A DNA stretch of 64,000 nucleotides, taken from assembly GCA_024679065.1 (NCBI GenBank), contig JAGIQG010000012.1:47492001-47556000 (forward strand). The letters run 5' to 3'. How positions within the stretch are numbered: position 1 is the first letter of the stretch; each line of letters starts with the position of its first letter. The notes below the pieces were generated by a model. The model had not been told where the DNA came from. It did no database searches and saw only the letters and a list, made by a program, of their open reading frames with translations. The translations under genes were made by a program, and so were the position numbers. Positions 51,326 through 64,000 of the stretch are shown piece by piece. This DNA is from Sphyrna mokarran. Taxonomy: Eukaryota.

Positions 51326-52433
51326 TGGGTGGTATCTTGACCCTGTGTTCACTGTTTGTCAGTTGCCAGTGAGGGGTCAAGATCCAGAAGTCGCAGTTTT
51401 CTCAGGTGAGAATGCAATTTTGGATCTTGCCCATCTTTTGTCAGTGATATCATCAGATCATGCTCACAACAGTGCGTGCCTGATTTGCATGGATTTCCAC
51501 TTCATTTCAATATTATTAACCCAATCCCTTCCTCAATATTGACCTCCTGCCACATCTTTAAACCACGCTGGCATGACGTCACATCAGAGTGATTGACTGG
51601 TTTACAACAGGTACAAGCAGGTTCTTACAGACATGAGCCTGTTGTGCAGGTCTCCCTGGACTGCTCAGCAAAATATAGCCTTGATGGACAAGGATCATGG
51701 TCGGGCAGTCAATACCCCCTTTACGCTGCCCTTTGGAACATTCTGCCCAGACCACCCTGGCAGTGCTAACCTGTGCCAAGGGGCAGACCTCAGTGGGAGC
51801 CTAATTGGAAGAGGTGGGGGGGGGGAGGTGAATCTGTGCTAATGTGGTTGTGGGCCATGAACCGACAAATGAGTGGGGAATGACAATGAGAGTCATTTGC
51901 GGGGATGAGGATGATGACATTGGAGAGAAAGAACCTATGTTTGTGATTGTTGGGGGGGAGAGAGGTCAGGGGTGGGGGGAAGAGAAGGGACCAATGATCA
52001 TAGAAAGGAGAGAAAGGGCCAATGGTTGCAGGGGGGGACAAAAGGGGCTGATGATCATGGTGGGGGAGGAGAAGGGGCTAATGGTCACAGTTGGAGGGTG
52101 GAGAAAGGACTGATTGTAACAGGGATTTTAGAGTGAATGCTGGTTCCAATTGTGGGGGGGAGGAGGTGCAGAGGGGAGTTCCTGAGCCCTCAGTGATGGG
52201 GGAAGGTTTAGTTTTGCTCGGATTGGGGTGCCCTTTAATGATAGCACCTGATCTCTGCGTAACCGGGTTTTGCAGTGTGTTTAGGACCGGCCCCCTGTAT
52301 CATGCTCGCTTGGTTTTTTTGCCAGTGTGGGCTAGAATCTGGAAACAAACCTGAGTGGTATAGCTGGAGAGAAATATGTGATTTTCTCACCAGAAACTAC
52401 ACTCTGTCATTTTTTTCGGTAAGATTTTGTCCA
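51326..52433. mobile_element. GC-rich non-autonomous TIR element (Harbinger-like)
   Basis: Ends tgggtggtatcttgacc ... ggtaagattttgtcca are imperfect inverted repeats. Interior has degenerate ~30-bp G-rich subrepeats (51950-52115). Confidence 0.6.
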
Positions 52434-55226
52434 CTGTATGCTGGTAATTGAGAGAATGGATGTTTCAGCTGGAGAATTGGTTGCCATTTAATTTGAATTA
52501 TTTGTCCGTGGTAGATTTAAGGTACTTGAATGTTTATACAAGCTGTACAAGTACAAGCGAGTGAAAGGTATCCCATCACACTTCTAACATACATCTGAGG
52601 TAATGGAGAAGCTTTGTTGAGCCACTCATCACAAAATACCTAGCCTCTATTCAAATATCAAGTTGCATATCAGATGCAATGGTTTTGAGAGTTTCTGGTC
52701 AATGGCTACCCCCAAAATGTTGATAGTGGATCCCAACAATAGTGCTAGTATTGAATATCAAGGAGATGTGGTTAGGTTCTCTCACATTGGAGATGGTCAT
52801 TGTCGGACATTTGTTTGACATGAATTGAGCGTAAACCTTTTGTCCCGATAGTTCACCAGTAGTAATTTTTAGGGGGTTAATGTGGATAAAAATCAGGACT
52901 TGTGATCTTAGTTAATTAGCATGGAGGCTGGAGACACAAATGGTGCTGGGAAGATTAGAATGTGTTTGCATGAGTTGTCATTGGAGATATCAAGAGTCAT
53001 GTGGATCATAGGTTATCATGGAGGGTATGAGTGGCTATTAGACATAGATGTTGACATGGGCGGGGGGTGAGAGGAAGAAGATGCTGAGGCTGTGAGGGGT
53101 GAGGGCTAGAGAGACTAATGTTGAAGAAAATAACTGGCAGAGAACGAAAGTAGGCCATTCGAACACTTGCCAGCCCCTATGGTTACCTGCACTTGGTGTT
53201 CAGGAGCAATAAGTCCATTTCTACCATCAACCATCCCTTGAAATGGAGATCCTATCATTTGAGCAAAGTTTCTCCTGACTCTCTCTAACCAATTTAGGAA
53301 CAAAAATCAGGAACCATTTTACCGTTTTTCTTTAAATTATCTGGAAAATAATTTGCAAAAAATAAATGTCCTAAAATTTCTTTGGTTATGATCCTGATTT
53401 ACAATCACTGGTATTGCACTGACCAATGTTCTCCAGTGTTGGTTGTATGAGAGTTTTCAGGGGTCAGCAGCAGGGCTACAGATTAGCATGGGGTCATTGG
53501 ATCCTGAATTGGTTATTACAGCACTATAGGAAAATCTCTGGGCTCTGCCTGCCCCTTGCCTATGGAATTTTGTGCTTGATTGGGGCGGGGGTTAGTTTCT
53601 CAAATTGAATGAGAAACCAATCTATTGAGGTTTTTCTTAAATTTTAACCTTCAGCAATCCAGGCTGTTTGTTTTACTTGTACCCTTTGGTAGCCAAATAT
53701 GTGTTTCTATGGAGGCAGGTACACATCCATTCACCATGAACACCAATCACTGACTACCGACCTAGGAGCAAGCCTGACCTTGTTCCACATCAGCCTGTCA
53801 TTTATCTTGTAAATGATGGAAGTTTGATGCCCTATAAAGCAAAGAAGAAACATTATCATTTTCCCAGGGGTTGTAGCAAGAGGCTGACAATGCAGAAAGA
53901 ATTTCAAAGTCAATATAATTTAACGAGCTGCAACTCAGACAATGTGCTCATTACTGAAGAATTGCATGTTGCAGGATGTATTGGGCCTGAGCTAGAGAAC
54001 ATTGATAAAATGGCCCTATGATAGTACAATGCATTCAAACATTGAATTAAAACAAAAATATAAATATTTATAAAACTGAGGCTTGTCAGCAAAAGGGGAT
54101 AGCACATTTTTCTTGGAGTACACCATATCAGCATCACATGTGCTCAGGTCAGGTATGTCATGAACAAATGTTGCTTGAAAGCTCTCTTGACATGAATAAT
54201 AAGCCTGAACCACAACCCCAGAAGACAAAATTCCATGTATGTATATTTCCCACACCATCTATCTTAATGACTTGTTTTGTAATAACCTATTCATGCTGAA
54301 TGAGGGGAGTTCTGTATAATGTTATGATAGCAGCTGTTTATACTGGATAAGTTAAATCCCAGAGTGAAACCTAACTTGATAGATCCTGACCAGAATTCTC
54401 CACTGGATAGGTTTTCTGTTTGCATGGGATTGCTTCAGTTGGAATTGCCATTGACATCAGAGAGAGCAGAAGATCCTGCCATTGAGAAAAATGCTGAGTT
54501 GAGGCTAACGTTTTGTTTAAAAATTCTAGAGGAAAGTTACTGCATAAATTCACGGGAGTCTGTTAAAGAAGTTTTAATGCAAAGTAATATATTTATTCAA
54601 ACAGGGAAAAAATAATATTACACCAGACATACAGTTTAGAAAGCTTTCAATACAAACACAAGAAGGCAATTCAAACTCCCATTATTTCTTTACCCCAGCA
54701 ATATCTTCATAGAGACACAAACCGATCTTGATATACCACTGGCTTGACATAAATGTTTCTCACTGGGGACAGGCACAGTTTCACATTATTTTCTTCAGGT
54801 GGATTCCTGAGCATCGCTGTGCTCTAAACTCAGTGCTCCTTCTAACTATAGAGTAAATAAATAAATTTCCTAAATATACATTTCCAGTAGCACCTCTGCC
54901 AAACTGATCACTTTACTGAGTCCCATTACTTATTGTTCAGTTAACTACTGACCCTCAGCCTTGCAGTTTTTAGCTTCAGAAGAAATCCTTGTATCTTTCT
55001 GGCATGAACTCTGAGCTCACCCTCTCTCAGCTCTGTCTTTTCTATGCGCCACTATGCAACACTAGGCAACAGACAAAACCTTTTCTACTTCATGCTTTGT
55101 TTTCAGAATCCTTGAGTGTTCAAATCCTTTTAACTTGCCCCTTTAAACTTGGGGGCTTTAATGTTTACATATGCAAATCCAAAAGACCTCAAACCTTTCA
55201 ATTAAGTCTATCCAGACTCCTAAGCA

Positions 55227-55520
55227 TCAAAATCTTCACTCACCCTGCATATATTATCTTCCACCTTCTACCGTTAGGAAAAAAGTACAAATGTCTGAGG
55301 TCATGTATCAACTGACTCAAGAACAGCTTCTTTTCTGCTGCTATCAGACTTTTGAATGGTCCTATCTTGCATTAAGTTAATCTTTCTCTACAGCCTAGTT
55401 ATGATTGTAACACGACATTCTGCACCCTTTCCTTCTCTATGACTGATATGTTTTGCCTGTATACTGCACAAGAAACAATACTTTTTACTATATGCTAATA
55501 CATGTGATAATAAATCAAAA
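55227..55520 (+). mobile_element. Rex1/Babar-type LINE 3' end
   Basis: HPAYIIFHLLPLGKKYKCLRSCIN*LKNSFFSAAIRLLN resembles the Rex1 ORF C-terminus. Tail reads aatacatgtgataataaatcaaa. Confidence 0.75.
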
Positions 55521-56869
55521 CAAGTACTCCATGTACAGTCGCACTAAGGCTTTTTACAGCAATGTAAAGACAGCTGCTTAATTGAAATTTGCATGCCTGG
55601 TGTGTAATCAAATATTATAGACAAACAATAAGCCAGATTCAGTCCTTAGTCTCTGCTATGTTAACTGATTTCATCTGTGATGGCCCTATGGGCACTACAA
55701 TTTGTATCAATTCACCTAGACTTGGAATGGGAAAATGAAGCATTTCTCCTGATCACTATCACATTGATTGGAAAGTACATCCATATGAATCTCAACTGAA
55801 GATAGAATTACATTCCAAGTGATAATTGACCACTTGACCAATGAGAGTCAGTGACCGTGCTCCTTTCCCCAGTTTGAATTACTGATTTCTGAAGACAGAT
55901 AAAATTGGAGAAGAGTAATGTCGATGGTGAACTACTCTGACAGGAATTGATTCCCTCACTCCCTCACATTCTATGTCCTGCCAATGAAATTTAAAACTGG
56001 AGTGAATAAGATGTTCCTTCTCTTCGACTGCAAGACTTGGAGCTTGCTTGTTTGAGTAAATTGCAAATCCTTTCTTTGACTGAGAGCAGCCAGCACACCT
56101 ATAAATATAACTATAGCAACAGCAAAGAATACTGTCACATGTTATCTCCTACACTGCCTTGAAGCAAGTTACGGTTGCTAACAGATTCTGTATTAATTCA
56201 AAAGTAAATTGTTATATAACACACAAAAATGTGATAAAATGAGCTATCATGTGCAATGGCGTCAAGTGGACCCGATAGTTGGGAGAATAGATTCACATAA
56301 TTTGCACACTAAAGTACAAACCCCAAATGACTGAAGCAGAAGAGGGGGAGGGAATTGAGTCATCCCATTGTACAGAATAATCCAAGTATGGGTCAATTCA
56401 TCATAAAACAGTGCTTAATGCTAATTGAGCTATGTAAAATTCATTAGGAACTGTGTAAATTAAAATGATCAAATTGCATAAGGCCATACCGCCCAAAGTT
56501 GAAAATAAATGACACGACTGCACAAAATTAGATATAACGTCATTTGGCTTTTCAAGGTTTAGCCAACATTGTAATTACTTCTAAGTTCTGAAATAGAATT
56601 TATGGATGAATTTCTATCAAGAACAGAGTAGTCATAGCCAATGATTCCTTTTGTTCTTTACAGCTAAAAGAATGAAGATGCACGAGCCCATGGTTAAAAC
56701 AATGAAAGTATGTGTGTCTGGTGTATTGGTCTTTATAACTTGAGCAATAATGCTGCATAGCACTAAATAGTGTTAAATTCAGAAGCTGACTGCTCTCAAC
56801 TTATGAGATGAAATAAAGCAGTACTGCAACAAAACCCAATGTTCCCTGGGAATATGTCAGCATGTATTT

Positions 56870-57210
56870 TTATTTGTTCTTGGATTTTGAGCATTGCCAT
56901 CAAGGCCAGCATTGTTACCCTTAAGTAACCTCCAGAAGATGGCGGAAAGATGCCTTCTTAAACCACTGCTGCCCATCTGTCCTGGGTACAGAGTGCTATT
57001 AGGAAAAGTGTTCCAGGGTTTTAACCTATAATAGTGAAGGAACAACAATATTATTCCAAGTCAGCCTGTGTGGCTTGGAGAGAATTTGTAAGTGGTGGTG
57101 TCTGCATGTGTCCGCTCCTGTTGTCCTACTATGTGATATAGATCGCAGGTTTGGAAAATGTTGTCAAAGAAGTCTTGACAAGCCACTACATCTGATAGAA
57201 GCTGTTCTTC
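56870..57210 (-). mobile_element. Shark CR1-clade LINE 3' end
   Basis: ttatttgttcttggattttgagcattgccatcaaggccagcatt...ttccagggttttaacc...agtgaaggaac...ccaagtcag; homologous to 41560. Confidence 0.75.
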
Positions 57211-58923
57211 CTTATGTGTTGAATGATGTAATTTAGCACTGTGTATGCTCATAAGGATAAATTTCACAGTTTTCCACTTTTTTTTCCAAAAAGGGCTGTC
57301 TTTTAATTTTTTTCATGTTTTATTGACTAATTTCAACAATCGAGCACAAGTAGCAAATCTTTGCGAGTATGCATTCTTGGCAAGATTGCAACAAACTGTT
57401 TTTCCCTTAAACTATATTTACTAATCAAGGTTTACAAATCCTTCCTGATTTCTGTAGAGATTTGTGACCGTTGAGCTACGGTTCAGTCTTCATAGAAGAG
57501 TGTAGCTACAGATTTATATTCCCTTCAGTGCAGGGGATGGGATGATAGGTCAGGGGGTAGGGTTGTAAGATGGGAACCATGCCAGCGAAAACATGCCCAC
57601 AGAATAACCAGCCTTCCCACCAACCAGCAAATAATTTATGCAGGTAGGAGGGGTGTTGGTTCGCCCGCTTGCCTGTGGGTCAGTTGAAGCCATTAAGTGG
57701 TCAACTAATAGTCACTTAAGTCCCGTCCCCTGCCACTACTAGGATTTTACCCACAGCAGGCACACTAAAGGCCACACAGAAAGATCCCTCAGCCTGTTGA
57801 GGCATCTCCTGGTTGGATATCCTGTGCCCATTCCTCTGAATTCTCACTCACTGTATTCTCCTCAACACCCTGACCTCAAGACATGTTACTTCTTGCCAAC
57901 ATCACACCCCTGACCACCTTCCAAACCTCCCCACCAGTCTGACCCAGTCAGATCCTGGATTCATCTCACAGTCTAAGCTGCATCACAGAACACCTTCCTT
58001 GGGGACTGTTTCAGTCCCAGTCATGGCCACTGCTTCTAGTAATGCTGCTGGGACAGGAGCCAGCTATTTAATTGGCAACTCTTTTAAACAGACTTCCTCT
58101 TAGAATGAGAAAGAAGGCCCAGCTCAAATCAATTGATGATCCAACGGTCATTACATGTTTGTGGGAGGAGCCAGCCAGTTTACCCTTTTGTTCAGGATTT
58201 GCAGTATTTGCTTTCTTTTGATCAACTTTTATATTTTTGTGTTTCATTGTTTCAGCAAGTATATTAACAGCCTGTGTTCTAAAAGTACAGTGTGGCTTTA
58301 AATTTCATCTGTGTTTCTCATGAATTACATTAAACTGTTCTAAATGTGAAACAAATCCAATTTTGTAAATATCTTAGTTCCCACAAACTCTACATATAAA
58401 TCTTGAGAGGTTGATAATGGATACTGCTCATCATTCACTACCTGGTTGACTTTGAATGCCTGACTTGGGAACTGCTATAAATAGGATTGCCTGATCACTC
58501 TTGTCAGTTTTTCCACCTGCCAATTTTGGAACGTCTGCAGTGTCTCCATGATGCCAAGAAAATCCAAATCCAAGGAGGCCAGCTCCCATGTTTAATGACC
58601 TCATTGAGCATTCTACATGTTCAAAACATATGAATACACAACAACAGTTTTTACTAAGTATTGAGTTCAACAATTTCAGACTATAACCTTGGCTTTTTCC
58701 TTTACTTTTAAGCAGTGGCTGCTCATCATTCTGCTCTTCACACCTCCTCTAGTAATATTTATTGCCCATTCTCTTTGCTTTCACCAACTTTGATGTCACT
58801 TACCATCTTCTGTCTTCCACACTATCCCAAATCTTCTCTTTATGTATTTATTTTCATTCCACTTACAGTTACTTTCAATTGCTGTTTCAGATGAAAATCT
58901 TCAATCAGAAAAGTTGACTCTTT

Positions 58924-59756
58924 GGGTCCTATTTTAACATTTTAATTCTAAGTGCTGGGCACACTTGAAACTGGGAGTGGTTTAGACCCGACGTTTAGAC
59001 CCGACGTTTAGACCCGACGTTTAGACCCGACGTTTAGACCCGACGTTTAGACCCGACGTTTAGACCCGACGTTTAGACCCATTCTTAGATGCTCCCATGT
59101 GCACTCTGCCTGAAAAAAAATCAACAATTCTAAATTGGGCTGCAGAAGCCTGTGGGCAAGGCTTTGTGTCCAAAACCCTGTAGCTCCGATCGTTGCCTCC
59201 ATACAGAAAAAAAGAATTTAAGAATGCGGTTCCCTTGCCACATCGCTCCTAGGCTGGATAATGCCTCCACCGGCCCCCATAGACATTGCCCCATTCCTAC
59301 AATATTACTGATCCCATTACCTCCCCCAGCCCACTCAGGCCAATTGCAGGCCCCAACACCCCTCTTCCCTCCCACACCAATGTCAGACAGAGTAGCAATG
59401 GACTCCCCCGCCCATCTCAGGCAGAGTGACAATGGATGCCCCCACTGATCTCAAGCAGAGAGCTGTCGAACACTTGGCACTTGCCTCTTCACTAAATGGA
59501 GGGCCCAAATCAGACTTTAGTTGAGTACACCAAAACTGGATGGGCAACTATGGCGATAAAGGAGGAAGTGCCGGTAAGATTGGGCATTAAGTCAATATAA
59601 ATGCATGCAAATTGCCTTGATCGCAGTCATTTTTGGGCCTTGGTAAAGGGGAAACTGGCACGATGGCAGATGCGGATTGCGCTACTCACTTCACACCAGA
59701 CTTTGCCAAGTTATTGTGCCTGGAAACAGGCAGAACTTAATGGTAAAATTGGGCCT
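58924..59756. mobile_element. Non-autonomous TIR DNA transposon (PIF/Harbinger-like), same family as 5323-6423 in opposite orientation
   Basis: 17-bp TIRs GGGTCCTATTTTAACAT and ATGGTAAAATTGGGCCT, with TTT on both sides (3-bp TSD). Confidence 0.8.
58981..59080 (+). repeat. Perfect minisatellite (TTTAGACCCGACG) x 7.7
   Basis: Seven exact 13-mers plus TTTAGACCC, with no mismatches. Confidence 0.98.
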
Positions 59757-60889
59757 TTTATCTCAGCCTCGCCAAAGCTGCATATTTCTAGTGTTTTTGC
59801 TTTTATAATAGCATTCGATTATGGGATGGAAACGTACTGCCTAAATGATTCTTGTGGAATAGGGAAAAGTGTACCTGAGAGTGTCTGAAACAGTCATTAC
59901 TGTATAAATTCATCAATATTGTGGGCAACTTGCTTCTGAGGAGTCTGAAAATAGCTTTCCTCAATTCTATTGTTGATAGATCAACTGTAAACTGCACTAA
60001 TAGGAAGGAAACTGGTTATGTCTTTTTTAACGGTGAAGGCAGTAGACAAGAACATTTTTTTTCTTATCTTTCTGGAAGTATTGATAGTATCTTCACCTTC
60101 AAAAAGGACTTTTTACCAATGTTTTGTGTTTGTAGTCAACTGTCTTTAGATTTTTTACTGAGCTGCTCGTTGGAAATCATTTTGGCCCAGATCTTCCAGT
60201 CAGTGTCAATGCCGTCAGCTTGGGCACTGCCTGCAAACATTCCTGTCATCCAATATATTGTGTTACTTCAGCTGGGGCTTCCGATCCAGGCTAAAGCAGC
60301 AACGGGGTCAGCACAGACATCCAATAATCTGCGGAGAGAGGAAATACCCTCTTCTCACAACATTAGCTGCTGTATTCCGATAAATTTTTAATTGGCTCAA
60401 TTCTTTCATTGGGTGAGTGCATGAGTGTGTACTTGGGTGGGTGAGTGAGTGAGTTAATGGATGAGTGGGTTAGTGAATGAGAGGGTGACAACTGATTAAA
60501 TGGTGGGTGGGTGGATGAGTGGGTGAATTGGTGAGCAGTCAAGTGAGGGGATTGGTGGTTGGAGAGAGAGTTGGCTCAGATTGTGCAGGTGAGGGAGGGT
60601 ATTGGATCATACTGTTGTGGTAGTTGGGTGCATGTAGTCATATTGGGAGGGAGTAGTTTTTGGCTGTCTTGCTCAGATCCATTATAATTACTAATCACAC
60701 AGATCTGTCATTATCTGGCATAACATTTCCAGGATAAATGTCCCATGTATTGGGCCTAAATTTCTGACATTAAACTCAGTGTTAATGACTTCCATGCAGG
60801 TTCAAGGTAGTGGGTCCAGATCAGTGGAAATCAGTCCATCAGAAGCTTAAACTTCCTGTGTAATTTTAATGCATGTGTGTTACCAGATA

Positions 60890-61162
60890 AGTGCCTTGGT
60901 GAGTTGCTGTATTAATCTTGTAGATGGTACACATTACTGCCTCTTTGTGTCCGTGATGGAGGGATTGAATGTTGAATGAGGTGCTAATCAAATACGGTGC
61001 TTTGTCTTGGATGGTATCAAGCCTCTTGAGTTTAGTTGGAATTGCATTCATCTAGGCTCGTGAAGAATATTCCATCATATTCCTGACTTGTGTTTTGATG
61101 GTGGATAGGCTTTGGCTGGCCCAGTTCAGTTTCTGGTCAGTGGTAACCACAGGATGTTGATT
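60890..61162 (-). mobile_element. CR1-clade LINE internal fragment
   Basis: ORF 60866-61051 (PTKLKRLDTIQDKAPYLIST...IQSLHH...YKI) resembles a LINE ORF2 C-terminal region. Confidence 0.75.
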
Positions 61163-61169
61163 TAGTAGT

Positions 61170-61416
61170 AGATTCATAGAAACCTACTCTGTGAAAGGAG
61201 GCCATTTGGCCCATTTAGTCTGCACGGATCATATTGCCACTCAGGCCCTATCTCTATGAACTTACCATAGCTATTCCCCCGAAAACATCTTTGGAGTGTG
61301 GGAGGAAACTGGAGCACTGGAGATTGTACAAACTCCAAAGAGACAGTGACCCAAGCTGGGAATGGAACCTGGATCCCTAGCGCTGTGAGGCAACAGTGCT
61401 ATACACTATGCCACCC
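61170..61416 (-). mobile_element. HE1-like V-SINE with CR1 tail
   Basis: catagaaacctac...ggaggccatttggccc tail, ctttggagtgtgggaggaaactggagcac core, gaacctggatccctagcgctgtgaggcaacagtgcta...gccaccc head. Confidence 0.85.
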
Positions 61417-64000
61417 TTGTTCGTAGATGATCAGGTTCACAATGTAGATCATGTGTGAGGTGTGTCATATGCAGCAGGGATAATGATTATCGTCAGCTGC
61501 AATGAAACAGACTAGTTTTGATTTTTTTTCCATTTGGTGTTTTAAGGAGGAAGTAGTCACAGGTGATAAAGCCACAGTTACCCAGTGAGCCTTATATTGA
61601 CATATTAATCACAAGATCAGTATATTTTTCACCAGATTGGTCAACCTATGGAATGTTTGGTTCAACATGCTCAATCACTTGGCCTTCTCCATACTACTGG
61701 GATCTTCAGGACCTCAGTGTAAATGATAATTTGTCCTTCCGTTGACAGATGCCACCTTTATGAATAGGTTAGCGTTCGACGCTATCACCATTCAACTTGT
61801 TTGTGACTATTGCAGGTAAATGCATGATTTCCTGGCAAACCAATGTTTTTATTTTATTCAGAAGCAGTGAACAACATATTTATTATTTTCAGACATCTAG
61901 CAAAACATGGATATTTTTTAGGTGAACAGTAATACACATTGTCATTGATGTTTATAGACATTCGATATCATTCAGATGAAGTGCAATTAAGTTCATGTCT
62001 TCACTAAAGCTATCATTGGAAAGCATGCTGAGGATGCCTGGACAAACCAGAGAACATTCTGTTTTTGCAATTTACCACATTTTGCAGAATCATTGTCTGT
62101 GTCATTCAGTGTCGCAACTGATAGAGTTGGAACTTGGATAATTAGTAATAAGAAAAATGGGGGAAAGTAACTGTGTAGACAGAAGATTGAGTAGCATGGC
62201 CAGCTTGCCTGCTTTGAGCTGATCACGATATTTAGAAATCATTATTTAATGAACCATTTTCGCGGAAGGATACAACAACCATTTTCCTGGATTTCTACTT
62301 CTATCTCAGTAATAACATTATGGGAAAGCACTTAAGGCAGATGAATAGGTGAAAGTGACTCCTAATGTACAATAATATCTGCCAAATTCTTTATTCTTCC
62401 ATTTCCACCTGTGCCCCTGAATTTAGTGGCTGTTCTCATCTCTTGTTCCTCTGTGTATACAGATCTTTCCAAACAAATGTGGACTTCTTCTCAGTATTGA
62501 CCTTATGGCAGGAACCAATGAGCTAGCTGGTTGTCAGTAATATGTCAATGAAAGATTTTGAAGATCATGGTGACTCTTGAATTCATTCTGTTGTAACTCC
62601 CAAATATTTCCATTTGAGTTTGTATGTGTATGGTCAATGTAAGGTTTCCTATTTGGGAAGTGCATTGTCTGTTTTCTGTTCCAAAAATGAACCCAAACCA
62701 AGCCATACTTCATCCTTATTGATCTTTTTTCCTAGTTGAAAGGATAAATCTGTGTTAAACTTTAATGTAGTTGCACAAATACAGGTGCAAAGTGACATGA
62801 GATCTTTAATACACCATCCTATTTCTTGTTCCATTGAACCCATGTGTTTCAAACTGAGTGCCACTGACTTTTTGAACCTGGAAGCTGTGATTGGCAGTCA
62901 GTGGAGTTTTCAGTTGCCAGTCGGATTAGGAAAGGCTGCATCTGCAATTTGAAAATCACATTCCCTGAGGAAGGGAAAAGAGGGAGGAAGGGGGATAAAA
63001 TAACCGTCTTGCCTCCAATTCAAAGCCCCGTTGAGCTCCTTGAAGAGCTTATTAATATTGGGCAGAGCAAGAACGCAATTTTCAAAACTGGAATCACCAA
63101 ATCCAAATAGTCTGGTGCACAATCATGAAATTCAAATTTGGCCAAATTCAAATGTTTAAAAAAAGGTCAGGAGCTGGGAGAATTCTACACTTGATTGCAT
63201 GCTTCAATTTCTATTTGGTCAATTCTGTGCTCAGTGAGACTGTTGGCCTTCTGATGTGCTGTCTCCTGTGTTCTTCAAATAGCAGGAGCCTTGTTGTGGC
63301 CACTGTGGTGACATTCAACACCATTAATTGGGCACCAAGCTTGCACCCAGCCCACCCATCAGGTTTCAGAACCCAATTTGAAAATTCAACTTGTTATTTT
63401 TAAATGAAAATAATAAATATAGTTTTTACATGCTGGTTTCATGAAAATAAAACAATGATATTCCTTAATACAATTGGAGTAGACCATATAAGTGAACTTT
63501 GCCCACCATATCAGAATACATTATATTCATCTGAAACTAATGATAAAAACCGATGAATATTAACTGAAGTGATGTAAATAAGATGTGCTACTGTTTAATA
63601 TAATTGTCAGAAGTTATTGGGACCTTGAAAACACAGGATAATAAAATTATAGTATCTAACAAAGATCATTTTATTCAAGTTACATACAAATACCCTATGT
63701 TCTAATCATGCTGTCAGACACCGAAGTTTTAATGTAAATTGTTGTCATTTTTCTTACCATCTTAGCTGTTTTTATTGGATTTAACTGTGGCCAGCACAAT
63801 ATTCATCATAGTGGAAACACAAGATTCCTAATTCATCCCATTATAATCTCACATTAATTGACAGAATTGCTACTGTTTTCAGTTGATTGCATTCAGTTGA
63901 CAAAATGGTGCTAAGTATGTTTGCCTACCATAAAAGCTGGTTAGTTTATTCATAATTGCATTTTATAGACATTATGATGAATTGTTCCTCTTATCTCTGA

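Larger units (their letters stand above)
50540..52830 (-). mobile_element. Shark CR1-clade LINE fragment carrying two nested insertions
   Basis: LINE sequence at 50540-50724, 51188-51325 and 52434-52830 is collinear with the copies at 41560, 56870 and 60890 (e.g. tttctggtcaatgg...ttggagatggtcattg). Confidence 0.7.

Noticed and set aside
51790-52354. ORFs with repeated EEKGLM-like peptides
   Set aside because: They are translations of ~30-bp degenerate subrepeats inside a TIR element.
58981-59080. CRISPR-like or telomere-like array
   Set aside because: Units are head-to-tail with no spacers, the unit is not TTAGGG, and the context is a eukaryotic intron.
59921-60391. 156-aa ORF, the longest in the window
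   Set aside because: It has a non-ATG start, no recognisable domain or splice context, and runs into repeat-like sequence.
60405-60560. GAGT/GGGT-rich tract
   Set aside because: It is ordinary degenerate low-complexity sequence.
34011-64000. Beta-neurexin promoter and first exon, or the next alpha exon (GTTYIF..., LNS6)
   Set aside because: I found no signal-peptide/His-rich exon, CpG island or GTTYIF-coding sequence; they presumably lie beyond the window.

Overview
A 64-kb AT-rich vertebrate window, very probably from a shark: it carries HE1-type V-SINEs and shark-type CR1, Penelope and Harbinger-like repeats. It lies entirely inside the + strand of an alpha-neurexin gene, best matching NRXN1. 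Four constitutive exons (7300-7681, 8906-9096, 15885-16058, 33891-34010) splice in frame with GT-AG boundaries and encode the end of LNS4, all of LNS5 and EGF-C. A 27-nt microexon missing from the ORF track (33457-33483, VALMKADLQ) corresponds to neurexin splice site 6 and has a dense set of splicing-regulatory motifs. The rest is intron full of decayed, often nested mobile elements. Notable items are a Penelope insertion with a 14-bp TSD and a minimal hammerhead-ribozyme fold, a Harbinger-like element whose right terminal repeat appears micro-inverted, a perfect CpG-rich 13-mer array, and several candidate regulatory elements. Family assignments come from recalled motifs, not database searches. 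I found no convincing wholly new multi-gene system, and almost all ORF-track entries look spurious.
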